Source: Octopus vulgaris
Lineage: Eukaryota
Assembly (NCBI GenBank): GCA_951406725.2
Contig: OX597815.1
Span: forward strand, 181,908,001-181,972,000
Length of the DNA stretch: 64,000 nt
Direction of reading: 5' to 3'
Position 1 is the stretch's first letter. Every line of letters starts with the position of its first letter. The translations under genes and the position numbers were made by a program. Shown piece by piece: positions 50,315-64,000 of the stretch. The notes under the pieces were generated by a model. The model made no database searches, was not told where the DNA came from, and worked only from the letters and a program-made list of their open reading frames with translations.

Positions 50315-50488
50315 TATGCACTCATCAGATTTTCAATTCTTCCAACACATCTTCAGGTTCTTTTTCAAAATATTGTTAATCTAATTTTGCATCACCTTAA
50401 ATTAAGCAGTAAATTAAACATTAAATTAAACCTGACACCTATCATAAACAAGCCTCCTGGCTTGCCAGTCCCCAGTCAAACCGGTCTG

Positions 50489-50696
50489 TTGCAGGTGAGC
50501 TGCTACATGCAGGAGGAAAGAGTGAGAAAAAGTTGTGGCGAAAGAGTCAGCAGAAGTTTGCCATTACCTTCTGCCAGAGCTGTGTGCAACTTAGGTGTTT
50601 CACTCATAAACACACACATCGCCCTGTCTGAGATTCGAACCCACAATCCCTTAACCATGAGTTCGCTGCTCTAACTACTAGGCCATGTGCCTCCAC
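50489..50696 (-). mobile_element. SINE family C fragment
   Basis: gcaggtgagctgc..gagattcgaaccc..ctaactactaggccatgtgcctccac. Confidence 0.85.
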
Positions 50697-50989
50697 ACAT
50701 CACTCTCTTTGTCTGTATAAGGGTAAACTCTTTGTCTGAAGAATAAACATCACCAATAATTTTCTCAACTTTAAAGAGTCTAGACCCTGTTCATTTACCA
50801 AATGAAGTCCTGGGTTTGTTACATGCTCGTTTCATTGCAAAAAGAAAAAATGATTAAAAAAAAAATTAAAATGGAAAGTAAACAACAGCCTTGGGGGATA
50901 CCATTAATAAACACACTTGACAACAAAACTGCAATGGGATTCCTTGTCTATTTCTAGTATTTTAATGATTTTCTTTGTCTATTGTTTCA

Positions 50990-51177
50990 TCACCATCATC
51001 ATCATCATCGTTTAATGTATGCTTTCCATGCTAGCATGGGTTGGATGATTTGACTGAGGATTGGCGAACCAGATGCTTGCACCAGACTCCCATCTGATCT
51101 GGCAGAGTTTCTACAGCTGGATACCTTTCCTAACGCCAACCATTCCGAGAATGTAGTGGGTGCTTTTATGTGCCACA
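50990..51177 (-). mobile_element. RTE 3' end fragment
   Basis: (cat)n cgtttaatgt..ccatgctagcatgggttgga. Confidence 0.8.
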
Positions 51178-51904
51178 ATGGGAATCTAAGAGAGATTAAA
51201 TTTAGACTATTCCAGCTATCCTGATAGAGTTATGGTTTGGCAAAACTTTACCAACATACAGTAATCAGGAAATATTATTGATAATGTCTAAGATTTCATT
51301 TCATAGCTAATATAGTTTATATCTTGTAATAAAGTGAAAAACAGATATCAGCTCAGAGAGGAGAAGCCACAGAAATATCTTTCAGAGATGATTTCCAATG
51401 TTGCACCTTCAGTATTGCCTTCATTGACTTCATCTTAAGAATCAATACTTTACATAAATATACACTTCCATCAAAGAATTTTCAAAACAATCATGGAAAA
51501 GAGATTTCCATGGATGCTGCTTCTACAGAATTAATCGGTTGACTGGTTAACATCGTTACCAGAATCTTGGATGTATTTAGCAGACTGTACACAGTTGGTT
51601 GATCTCTAGCAAGGTTTCTGCTCTGAGGATGACTTCTCCTCTCCATGAAACAGACTGGCATACAAGTAGTGTAAATGGCGTTTGGAAGGACGTCCAGCTC
51701 TGGAAACAAAGCAATGGATGGAATGCTGTGAAATGAAATCCTCTCAGCTAATCTTGGTGACTATTATCCCTCCTTGAACATACGTTAATTCTGACCATGG
51801 TAAATCTTTCTAACTAATTCTACAGCAGAAAGCTACTGTAAAATAATTATATGCACATACACACTCACACACACACACATTCACACACATACACCGATAA
51901 ATCC

Positions 51905-52210
51905 TCGTCATCATCATCGTCATTTAACGTCTGCTTTCCATGCTGGCATGGGTTGGACAGTTTGACTGAGGACTGGTGAACCAGGAGGCTACACCAGGAA
52001 CCAATCTGATGTGGTAAAGTTTCTATGCCCTTCCTAATGCCAACCACTCCGAGAGTATAGGGGGTGCTTTTACTGGCATGAGGGCCAGTCAAGCAGTACT
52101 GGCAACGACCATGCTCGAATGTTGTTTTCCACATGCCACTTGCACAGGTGCCAGTAAGGTGATGCTGGCAATGATCACGTTCGAATGATGCTTTTTACAT
52201 GCCACCAGTA
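51905..52210 (-). mobile_element. RTE 3' end fragment
   Basis: tcatttaacgtctgctttccatgctggcatggg and UTR units. Confidence 0.8.
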
Positions 52211-52236
52211 TGTAAAAATGTCTATATTTATATGTA

Positions 52237-53553
<1,317 letters not shown>

Positions 53554-54394
53554 ATATATATATATGTAAATAATTAGAAAAATGGAGAAAACTAGATTAA
53601 CAAAGAAGATGCCGATGACCGCTTTGTTCAAAGCCTCCCTTGACCTCAAGTGGCCTGAACTCTTTACATGAACACCACCCTGTACTTAACTCCATGTCCC
53701 CCTACATGGCCTTGCTATTTGCTTTTGAGCTAAATTAACTAACTAACTAACTAACTAACTAAACACATTGATTGGACCACATTTATAGCTTATGTTTTAA
53801 TACAAAGCATGACATAACATATCTTACAGTCATTACTGATCGTATTGCCAAAATGCAGTCTATAAATAAATGCAAGAATAAAGTTCTTTATCTTCATAGG
53901 GCATTCGAAATTAAGGCAATGAATCTTCATCATTGTAAAAAACAAGAACGTACAATATAAAACAAAGGGAAGAAGGAAAGAAAACATGGCTTAGGCAAAT
54001 AGTCTAGAAGCTCAATATGTTAAGAGCAAATAATTCACATCAGGGGCTACAGGGTCCGTAGGTTTAAATAGTGAGCTAGTAATGGTCTAGGGTATACTAC
54101 AATTTATTAACGGGTTGGAGCAATTAGAAGTGGGGGGAGGGGTCGGGATGTTTAAAAAAGAAGTTATCTAGATACTATATATAAGGAAAATACTAACATC
54201 ATTATGAAAGGGCAATACCTATGCTAATGGAGTAAACTCAAGTAAAAGTAAACAAACATCATATGTATATATCCACATACATGTGTGTGTATACATACAT
54301 ACACACACACACATATATATATACATATATATATGTATATATACATATGTATACATATATATATGTATATATATATACATATATATTTATATAT

Positions 54395-54424
<30 letters not shown>

Positions 54425-54425
<1 letters not shown>

Positions 54426-54693
54426 GTGACCGACCAGACCATCAGATGTTGTTACACATCGCTGGTCACAATGCGTTCGCATTGTTTTAGCCTTCGAATG
54501 ACACCACCCCGCTGGCTAAGCGAGCAGGCCAACAGAAGAAAGAGTGAAAGAAAGAGTGGTAAAAGAGTACAGCAGGGATCACCACCCCCTGCCGGAGTCT
54601 CGTGGAGCTTTTTTAAGGTGTTTTCGCTCAATAAACACTCACAACGCCCGGTCTGTGAATCAAAACCTAACCACTGGGCCATTGCGCCTCCAC
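54425..54693 (-). mobile_element. SINE family C (tail type 3) embedded in (TA)n
   Basis: Minus-strand head ggaggcgcaatggcccagtggttagg; different tail ..cattgtgaccagcgatgtgtaacaacatctgatggtctggtcggtcac. Confidence 0.85.
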
Positions 54694-54698
54694 ATATA

Positions 54699-54746
<48 letters not shown>

Positions 54747-55017
54747 TCTTCCCCTACCACACACTCAGTGGGTCTTCCGTGCACTTTCTCTTGACCTAAT
54801 CTACTTTCACAGCATTGGCTGGTCCAAGAGTATAGTAGAAAACATTTGCCCAAGATACCATACCGAAAGATAGAACTTAAGGCGCACAGCAACAAAGTAA
54901 ACTCCATACCTGCACAAATACACATGCACCTACGCAATTATGATAATTGCATTCAATGCTGCAGCTGGTGCTATTGCTACTAATACTACTATTTTCGTTC
55001 ATTTAGCCTCATCTGAA

Positions 55018-55238
55018 CCATTTCGATACCAACCTGACTGAAACCGCCTCAGGCTCTGTAGTACAAATATCTTGTTTTCATAAGTTCTGAATTGAAATCT
55101 TCTACCAAACCTCAGTCACAATTTATGTTCCTAACACTAGCTTAATGATAACCAAGTTATTTTACTAAATTATTTGTTATATTTAAACTAATTGAAAGAA
55201 ACACAAAACATCTCAAAAGAAATACGGTAACAAAAGGA
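55018..55238 (-). mobile_element. TTAA MITE copy 4
   Basis: Reverse complement of the 30.9 kb MITE body. Confidence 0.85.
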
Positions 55239-55397
55239 TTAAGGAGTGCACTGGGTGTTCTAGATGTGGCATTAGCATTGGTGCTTTGTTTGTGGCACCA
55301 AGTAAATTGCAAGACAATAAACCCTCAGCTGGGAGATGGAAAAGTACTGAAGGAAAGGTCTTTGTGCAGGTTGAGAGATTAACACTTTAGCATTTAA

Positions 55398-55619
55398 CCC
55401 TTTTGGTATCAACCTGACTGAAACCACCTCTGGCTCTGTAGTACAAATGTCTTGTTTTCAAAAGTTCTGAATTAAAATCTTCCACCAAATCTTAGTAACA
55501 ATTTATGTTCTTAACACTAGCTTAATGATAACTAAGTTATTTTACTAAATTCTTTGTTATATTTAAAAGTAATTGAAAGAAACACAGAGCATCTCAACAG
55601 AAATAGGGTAATGAAAGGG
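55398..55619 (-). mobile_element. TTAA MITE copy 5
   Basis: ttaa-cccttttggtatc ... taatgaaaggg. Confidence 0.85.
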
Positions 55620-56356
55620 TTTAGTCTCTGCTTGCAGCCTTGCAAAATAATCTTATACTTCGTTTAGAAGTCATAAACACAATACTCTATATGAGTGATT
55701 ATGGGACAGAGAAATACCTGAAAGGAGCAGCCTGCATACAAAATATAAATAAAGCACAGCTTTACCATGTGTAATGTTGAAGGCTGATTAACTGAGAGTT
55801 ACCAAGCAATTAGCAGACAAAATCTTGCTCTAGATGTGCTTGAAATTTAAAACAGTTTGTAAGGGTCTGTCATTCTAATAAACAGTTGGTTGAATTATTA
55901 GGTTGTTCTGAAAATAATAGCCGATTTCAGAAACATAATTTTATTCTGGAAAAATTAACAATAGAAATGTTTTGATTAGTCAAAGCATGAGCCGTCAACA
56001 TCTATGCATCTCTGCCATCAATCAACAAGATTATTTATGCCTCATTGATAAAAACTTATTGGCTTTGAAGCTAAGAAATCTTTGAAAGTTGACTCCACCT
56101 CTGGTTTGGACCTGACCTGAAAGTTTTACCTCATGAAAACGTATTTAAATGCTTAAAAAATTAATAGTTAGTGGGTGAAAGGTCAGGAGAATATGGAGGA
56201 TGTGGTAAAGATGTGCCAAAACAGACAATGAAGCCTGGTGCAGCTCTCCAGCCTTGCCAGCCCCTGTCAAACCATCCAACCCATGCCAGCATTGAAAAAA
56301 ACACACTTTGAATGATGATGATGGTGGTGATGGTGATGATATGTATGTATCTTAAA

Positions 56357-56985
56357 GCGTGGCTGTGTGGTAAGAAGCTTGCTCCCTAACCTCATGGTTC
56401 TGGGTTCAGTCCCACTACATGGCACTTTTGGTAAGTGTTTTCTACTATAGCCTCAAGCCGACGAAAGCCTTGTGAAGGGATTTGGTAAATGGAAACTGAA
56501 AGAAGCCCTTTGTATATATATATATATATGTATATATTTATGTGTGTGTGTTTGTCCCCCCACCACCATCACTTAACAACCGATGTTGGTATGTTTATGT
56601 CCCTGTAACTTAGCAGTTCAGCAGAAGCACCAGTATTACAAAGAATAAGTCCAGGGGCCGATTTTTTTACTAAAAGGCAGTGCTCCAGCATGGTCACAGT
56701 CAATTGACTGAAGCAAGTAAAAGAGTGAATGGATTTGGTAGACGGAAACTGAAAGAAGCCTGTCGTATATATATGTATATGTTTGTCTGTGTTTGTTTCC
56801 CACCATTGCTTGACAACCAACGTTGGTGTGTTTGCATTCCCGTAACTTAGTAGTTTGGCAAATGACACTGATAGAATAAGTACTGGGCATACAAAGAATA
56901 AGTCGTGAGGTCTGTTTGCTTGACTAAAGGTGGTGCTCCAGCATGGCCACATTCAAATGACTGAAACAAGCAAAAGAATAAAAGA
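56357..56985 (+). mobile_element. SINE family B plus a tandem second 3' part (56726-56985)
   Basis: Full copy, then a restart at ggatttggtagacggaaactgaaagaagcc; two tails. Confidence 0.85.
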
Positions 56986-57027
56986 ATATATATATATACA
57001 TGTATATATTTACCTGGGTATCATTAA

Positions 57028-57083
57028 GTCCAACCCATGCTAGCATGGAAAACGGACGCTAAATGATGATGATGATGATGATG
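57028..57083 (+). mobile_element. Extremely truncated RTE 3' end with perfect 22-bp TSD
   Basis: atatttacctgggtatcattaa at 57006-57027 and 57084-57105. Confidence 0.92.
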
Positions 57084-58102
57084 ATATTTACCTGGGTATC
57101 ATTAAATCGGAATTACTTTTGCAGTGTCAAGCTCTTAGGTTTTGGCAGGTTGGGATGTCAGATTTGAGTCTTGTCCGCGCATTTGGAGGAGGAAACATCC
57201 AGATGTTATGGAAACCTACTGGTTTTATAAAACCCATTCATTTAAAATTAGTTTGGTTACAAATAATTACAATAATCTCTCTATTTCTTTAAAGAATTAA
57301 CAGAAATGAGAATCTTGTGAAAGAGTCAATTCTAAACAACCCTTCTCTATACATATAAAGGCATGTAAACCAATTTAAGACCTTTTGTGATGTCTCTATT
57401 TCTTCATATATCTTTATGATAGATCTTATTCAGTCTCTGACACTCATTAATTAATTCCTCATAAATCCTTTTTTTTAATCTCTCGTCTAATCATGACTGT
57501 TTTTTTTTCTTTAATATCATTTCTGGTCATTTAATCTTCTTATCGAATCCTTTAAGCTAGGCCAATAAAATTACCTTCTTCAGTTTTACTATCCACATGA
57601 CTACTCATACCCAAACCAATATCTTCATATCATCTGCTATGGTTTTGGTATCAACTAAATTCACAATGTGAAGTTTGCTGATTTTTGCCAACAGAACATT
57701 ATTACTTTCCTTAGACTCCAATGTTTTTCCATTATATTACGTATTTAATATGACATATCTGAATGAAGATAATTCTTTATTGGCCTCTCAAATAATTCAA
57801 ATTCATATAACTAAGCATTATCTAAAATTTATCGAGAGATACAAGTTTATAACACACATTCATAGAGAATGTATACAAACTAGAATTGATTGCCAACTGA
57901 GTTAGATTGTCAAGTCAAATGCAGCCAACCAATTGGAAAATATTGGAAGAAGAATAAATTTGAAACAGCACCTTTCTAATATGCTGAAAGAGATCAGTAC
58001 AAATGAATTGGAAAGAATTGACCTGCCTATCAACTGTAAAAACTGTAAATTAAAGTGTGACTACAGTGCAGCTGGTTATGTCTTCATCATAGCATCACTG
58101 TA

Positions 58103-58515
58103 GGCAGCGAGCTGGCAGAAACATTAGCACGCCGGGCGAAATGTGTAGCCGTATTTCGTCTGCCGTTACATTCTGGGTTCAAATTCCGCCGAGGTCTACT
58201 TTGCCTTTCATCCTTTTGGGGTCAATTAAATAAGTACCAGTTATGCACTGGGGTTGATATAATCGACTTAATCCATTTGTCTGTCCTTGTTTGTCCCCTC
58301 TGTGTTTATCCCCTTGAGGGTAGTAAAGAAATAGGTATTTCAGCAGTCTTCGTGTTCTGAGTTCATATTCTGCCAAGGTTGGCGTTGCCTTTCATTCTTT
58401 CAGGATCGACAAAATTAGTACCAATTACACATGGGGGTCGATATAATCAACTTAATCCTTTTGTCTATCCTTGTTTGTCCTCTCTGTGTTTAGCCCCTTG
58501 TGGGTAGTAAAAAAA
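58103..58515 (+). mobile_element. Dimeric SINE family A
   Basis: Full unit, then a second unit restarting at aggtattt (junction gtaaagaaataggtattt). Confidence 0.88.
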
Positions 58516-59245
58516 ATATATCACAGTAGGAATAAACTGTGGTGATTTCGTATTGTCTTTCCTAAAGAACTTAAGATATGGGATATGTGATGCTCATGCT
58601 TTTCCAAGTGAATTCAGGTGGAACAACAAATAGGAAATTCAAACCAGGCCATGACCTGAGCCTGCCAGGAGTTAGCTGTCTGTTTTGTGTCGCTCACTCA
58701 AGTTAAACATTCATATCCAATGGAATCATACATATTGCATTGACCATTTTTCAATGTTATGTATAAGATTTTATATACACAGACATGACAGAAGTAAATA
58801 GACAGCCCATAAAACATCATTTTATGTGTATTCTAACTTTTAATGGTTTATATTTTTTATTAATTGGTATTTTTATGTTTCAGGTTCTATATATGACTCT
58901 TTAATCATGCCATGTACAAAAGAAGCCTTGGGACTGTCTGAATTTCAAAGAGGCTGTACTTATGAAATGTGGCCTTATCACTGAAAACAAGATGTTCCTT
59001 GAAGTCGGCTTCTTCAAGTTTCTCTTGCATATCAACACAGAATTGCTTGCGCATTCACTTGTCATCTGCCATTATGGCCTGAACAAGCTGTAGTTTGTAG
59101 GGTTTCATTAGCAAGCGTTTACATGTTTCAGTTCTTGAAAAGAGCAAACCTTATCAAAAATAAGAGTCCACATGGACTCTGTTGAGACAAGAAAGTTGGA
59201 CTTATACATTGCATAAACATATATACACACATATATCCATACATA

Positions 59246-61688
59246 TCAGGTTGATGAAAAGTAAGCAACGTTTTGAACCATGAAGAATTTGCACCGGATT
59301 TTTGCAGAGTTTTGAATTTTTTTAAACATTGGTTTGCAATTGTCTGATAATGCAGACATAGACTTACCTAAACGCATCAATAAATTAACATTGATATCTT
59401 TTTACACTGTTGTTTCAATCATCTGAAATGAAACTTTCAAAGTGCGATATTTGAGCAATTTTTCTATTCAACCTCACATTTTGAAGTCGAATAGCAAAGC
59501 AGCTGATGTAGAGCAACTGAAACTGGTCATGGCATCAATGAAATGTTTGGTGAGGAAATGACCAGTGAGTGGTTAGCTCAAAAATGGTTTAAACAATTTT
59601 GCAGTGGAGACCTGAATCTTGAAGATCATGAGTGTAGTGGACGCCTGTCTGTCATCGATGATGGTCAGTTAAAGACCATCATTGAGAACAATACATGTGA
59701 AACTATACGAGAACTGGCAAAAGAACTTCTAGTTAACCAGAAAACTGCCTGCAGCCATTTGCATCATCATCATCATCGTTTAACATCAGCTTTCCATGCT
59801 GGCAAGGGTTGGACGATTTGACTGAGGTCTGGCGAACCAGATGGCTGCAATAGACTCCAATTTGATCTGACAGAGTTTCTACAGCTGGATGCCTTTCCTA
59901 ATGCCAACCACTCTGAGAGTGTAGTGGGTGCTTTTACGTGCCACCAGCACGAGGGTCAGTCAGGCAGTACTGGCAATAGCCATGCTCAAATGGTACTTTT
60001 TATGTGCCACCCACACAGGAGACAGTCCAGCGGCACTGGCAACAACCTCGCTCAAATGTTTTTTTTCACGTGCCACCAGCACAAGTGCCAGTAAGTCAAT
60101 GCAGGTAACAATCATGCTCAAATGGGTTTTTTTACATGCCATCAGCACAGAGGCTAGCTTGTTGCTCTGGCAATGATTACACTCATATGGTACTCTTAGC
60201 GCTCCACTAGCACAGATGCCAGTCATCGAATTTGATTTCGATTTTGATTTCACTTGCCTCAACGGAGCTTTGCAAGCAGAGTTTAGTGTCCAATGAAGGA
60301 AAGGTATGCATAAGTGGGCTGGTTACACCCCTAGCATAGGCCACAAGGTTATGGTCTCACTTGAGATTGCCGAGTCTTTTCAAGCACAGCATATTTCCAA
60401 AACTCCCGGTCACTAGTCGTTGCCTCAGTGAGGCCCAATGTTCGAAGATCATGCTTCACCATCTCATCCCAGGTCTTCCTGGGTCTACCTCTTCCACAGG
60501 TTCCCTCAACCACTAGGGTGTGTCACTTTTTCACACAACTATCTTCATCCATTCTCGCCACATAGCCATACCAGTGCAGTCATCTCTCCTGCACACCACA
60601 TCTGATGCTTCTTAGGACCAACTTTTCTCTCAAGGTACTTACACTCTGTCGAGTATGCACACTGACATTACATATCCATCGGAGCATACTGGCTTCATTC
60701 TTTGCAAGCTTATGCATGTCGTCATCCGGCTCGGCCCATGTTTCACTGCCATGTAGCATGGCTCTTCGTACACATGCATCATACAGTCTACCTTTTACTC
60801 TGAGCAAGAGACCCTTTGTCACCAGCAGAGGTAAGAGCTCTCTGAACTTAGGCCAGGCTATTCTTATTCTAGCAGCTACACCTTCAGCACACCCTCCCCC
60901 ACTACTGACTTGGTCACCTAGGTAACAGAAGCTATCAACAACTTCTAATTTTTCTCTCTGTAATGTCGTTGGAAAATCAAAAAAGCTTGACAAATGGGTA
61001 CCACATGATTTGAATGAAAATCAGAAAATGCTCAGATATTAAATTTGCTCATCACTTCTTCTCTGTAACCAGACCAATCCACTTCTTGACTGTATTGTAA
61101 CTTGTGATCAAAAGTGGATTCTGTACAATAATAAAAAACATTCTTCGCACTAGTTGGACCAAAATGAAGCACCTGAGCTCTTCTAGAAGAAGGTTATAGT
61201 GACCGTTTGGTGGTCTCCTGCTGGACTCATCCACTATAACTTCTTAAAATTCAGAAAAACCATTACTGCAGGAACATATCACTATGAAATTGCCAAACTG
61301 AATCAAAAACTGCAGTTCCTCCATCCCGGACTGGTCAGCAGGAGAGGGTCAGTCATTCTTCATGACAATGCACGACCACACTTTGTATTAACGATGCTCT
61401 AGAAGTTGAAGGAACTTGGCAACGAAGTTCTTCCCCTCCCAGCTTATTCCCCAGACCGTTATCCTACTGACTACCCCTTTTCCAAGCACCTTGATGGTTT
61501 TCTGCGAGAGCAGGAGTTCAAAAATCAAACTGATGCTGAAAGTGCATTCAAAGAGTCCATCAGCTCGTTGGCAAAAATGTGTTGATTGTAATGGTACTTA
61601 CTATGAGGAATAAAATTTTCCGCATTGTTGAAATATATTGTGATAAATTTCGTGTTTCAAAACATTGCTTACTTTCAACTCCGCCTGA
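59246..61688 (+). mobile_element. Mariner (Hsmar1/cecropia-like) with both TIRs, split by an RTE insertion
   Basis: TA-tcaggttgatgaaaagtaagcaacgttttgaa ... ttcaaaacattgcttactttcaactccgcctga-TA; QKWFKQFCSGD, GKSKKLDKWVPHDL, IVTCDQKWILY, VTVWWS, HDNARPH, YSPD..TDY; stops present. Confidence 0.92.
59762..60968 (-). mobile_element. 5'-truncated RTE LINE inside the mariner
   Basis: LEVVDSFCYLGDQVSSGGG..LHGSETW; 3' UTR units; (cat)n at 59762. Confidence 0.92.
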
Positions 61689-61728
61689 TACATATACATA
61701 TTCATATGTATATATATATATACAGATA

Positions 61729-61760
<32 letters not shown>

Positions 61761-61764
61761 AATA

Positions 61765-62070
61765 ATCGTCATCATCATCATCATTGTCATTTAACATCTG
61801 CTTTCTATGCTGGCATGGGTCGGATGATTTGACTGAGGGCTGGTGAGCCAGAAGGCTGCGCCAGGCTCCAATCTGATCTGGCAAAGTTTCTAAAGGTTGG
61901 ATGCCCTTCCTAATGACAACCACTCCAAGAGTGTAGTGGGTGCTTTTATGTGCCACTGCCACGAGGGCCAGTCAGGCAGTACTAGCAAGGACCATGCTCA
62001 AAAGGTGTTTATAACGTGCCACCTGCACGGGAGCCAGTCCAGTGCCACTGGCAATGACCAAGCTCAAATG
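61765..62070 (-). mobile_element. RTE 3' end fragment between (TA)n tracts
   Basis: (cat)n tcatttaacatctgctttctatgctggcatggg. Confidence 0.8.
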
Positions 62071-62137
62071 TTGTACATATATAATATATATATATATATA
62101 TACACACACACATATATACATTCACATATATAGATAT

Positions 62138-62191
<54 letters not shown>

Positions 62192-62193
<2 letters not shown>

Positions 62194-62257
62194 GTGTATA
62201 TTTAGGGATAAACCATTTGGTGGATAACCTAATGGGTTATCCCTAAATATACACGTA
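62192..62257. repeat. Short hairpin/palindrome, ~29-bp arms
   Basis: gtgtatatttagggataaaccatttgg / cctaatgggttatccctaaatatacac. Confidence 0.8.
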
Positions 62258-62384
62258 TTGAAATTTTTTCTAATTTTTCAAATTTTTATATGCTAGACTA
62301 CTGGTTTTAAATTGATATTAATTAAATTAATATTCAATTTATCTCTCTCATTATTTAAATTATATATATATATATATATGCATG

Positions 62385-62428
<44 letters not shown>

Positions 62429-62433
62429 TATAC

Positions 62434-62465
<32 letters not shown>

Positions 62466-62507
62466 ATATATATACACATATATATACATGTATATACATA
62501 TATATAT

Positions 62508-63592
62508 ACAGGGCACTGTTTTGGGACCACTACTGTTCATAATAGCCCTCTCAGACATGCCCTCAGCCACGCAGAGAGCCACGATCACAAGTTATGCAGA
62601 TGATACAAAAGTTTCACAGGCAATACAGAACCCTGAAGACACTAAGCACCTGCAATGTGAGCTGGACGAAATATACAAGTGGGCGGAAAAGAATAGCATG
62701 CAGTTCAATGCTGAAAAGTTTCAAGCTTTATACTATCAGCATGCAAAACTGAATGCAATACCCAATGAATACACTGGACCCGGAGGGATTGCAATCCCAG
62801 AGACACAATCAGTGCGTGACCTGGGTATTCACATGAGTGATGACGCGACCTTTCATGTACATGTTGCTAAACTGGCAATGAAATGTAGATGGCTGGCTGG
62901 ATGGATTCTTAGAACCTTTAGAACAAGAGAACAAGAAACCATGATGGTCCTCTGGAAGACACTTGTCCTAAGCCACTTTGACTATTGCTCTCAGATATGG
63001 TCACCATCCAGTGTCAAGTTGATCACAGAACTTGAGGCGATCCAATGAAGCTACACGAAGAAGATAGCCTCTGTACAGCATATGAGCTACTGGGAAAGAC
63101 TCAAGAGATTAAAGCTCTATTCCCTGGAGCATAGGCGAGAAAGATATGCCATAATATATATCTGGAAGATCCTGGAAGGACTTGTCCCAGACTTTGGCAT
63201 CGAGAGTCACACAAATGCCAGAACTGGACGCCACTGCGTAGTACCAAGGACTCCAAATTTGCCATCAAGATGTAGGATAAGATATTGTGATAGCCTGGGC
63301 TTCAGAGGCCCACAGCTCTTCAATATCCTCCCGAAGAACCTGAGGGACCTGCATGGTGTAGATGCGGATGTCTTTAAAGTAGGACTGGATCTCTTCCTGT
63401 TAGGTGTCCCGGATGAACCAACTTCACGGCAGGAGGTGCAGATGAGGGCAGCTGCATCGAACTCTCTCATGCATCAGATGGCGTTTGCTAAAAAGCATCC
63501 GTGAGGTAAAATCGTGTCGCAAACCAAATGGCGGTGCCCCAGCATGGCCACAGCTCATTAGCTGAAACTGGAAAAATCAAAAATCAAAATCA
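62508..63592 (+). mobile_element. 5'-truncated CR1/L2-group LINE in (TA)n; RT with one premature stop (63046-63048) and complete 3' end
   Basis: [60 protein letters not shown]; 3' ggcggtgccccagcatggccacagctcattagctgaaac followed by (aaaatc)n. Confidence 0.92.
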
Positions 63593-63619
63593 TCATATAT
63601 ATATATATGTATGTATGTA

Positions 63620-63778
63620 TGGTAAGTAGCTTGTTTACCAACCACATGGTTCCGGGTTCAGTCCCACTCTGTGGCGCCTTGGGCAAGTGTCTTCTACTAT
63701 AGCCTCGGGCTGACGAAAGCCTTGTGAGTGGATTTGGTGGACGGAAACTGAAAGAAGCCCGCTGAATATATGTATATA

Positions 63779-63812
<34 letters not shown>

Positions 63813-64000
63813 CGTGTGTGTTTGTGTTTGTCCCGCCAACATCACTTGACAGCTGATGCTGGTGTGTTTATGTCGCCGTCACTTAGCGGTTCGGCAAAGA
63901 GACCGATAGAATAAGTACTAGGCTTACAAAGAATAAGTCCCGGGGTCGAGTTGCTCGATTAAAGGCGGTGCTCCAGCAAAGCCACAGTCAAATGACTGAA
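63620..64000 (+). mobile_element. SINE family B, running off the window end
   Basis: ggtaagtagcttg..gggttcagtcccact..ccttgggcaagtgtctt..ccacagtcaaatgactgaa. Confidence 0.9.

Noticed and set aside
49309-50325. Functional 338-aa host gene
   Set aside because: The N-terminus is (TA)n and the rest is a 5'-truncated RTE ORF2 lacking the endonuclease and the YADD motif
57906-58103. ~65-codon open frame IVKSNAANQLENIG...
   Set aside because: No splice signals of note and no family match; the length is within chance expectation
59246-61688. SETMAR-like domesticated transposase
   Set aside because: No SET domain, multiple stops, TIRs retained, and interrupted by a LINE

Overview
Eukaryotic, AT-rich, very repeat-dense non-coding DNA (intergenic or intronic). 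No host gene could be established. The repeat vocabulary resembles an octopod/coleoid cephalopod genome; that is an inference, not proven. It comprises tRNA-derived SINEs with Meta-, CORE- and V-like domains, RTE LINE 3' ends with (GAT)n tails, and abundant (TA)n, (AAT)n and (TG)n microsatellites. Decayed autonomous elements: a Chapaev3-like transposon (161-1831), three mariners (one near-complete with TIRs and TA TSD at 17680-18947), a Ty3/Gypsy gag-pol (20195-24600), several RTE, CR1/L2 and R4/Dong LINE fragments, TTAA MITEs, a hAT MITE and more than 30 SINE pieces, many nested. The most unusual feature is a family of fold-back elements at 13.5, 25.4 and 33.1 kb. Two of them carry a minimal type I hammerhead motif inside a ~330-345 nt terminally redundant monomer, consistent with a Penelope-dependent, retrozyme-like non-autonomous retroelement. 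Also notable: a covarying 3' stem-loop shared by a SINE and a LINE, head/tail shuffling among SINEs, a PHD-like finger inside an RTE reverse transcriptase, microsatellite-associated insertion, a 1.07 kb tandem duplication and a nascent higher-order satellite. Coordinates were read by eye, so the ends of decayed elements are approximate.
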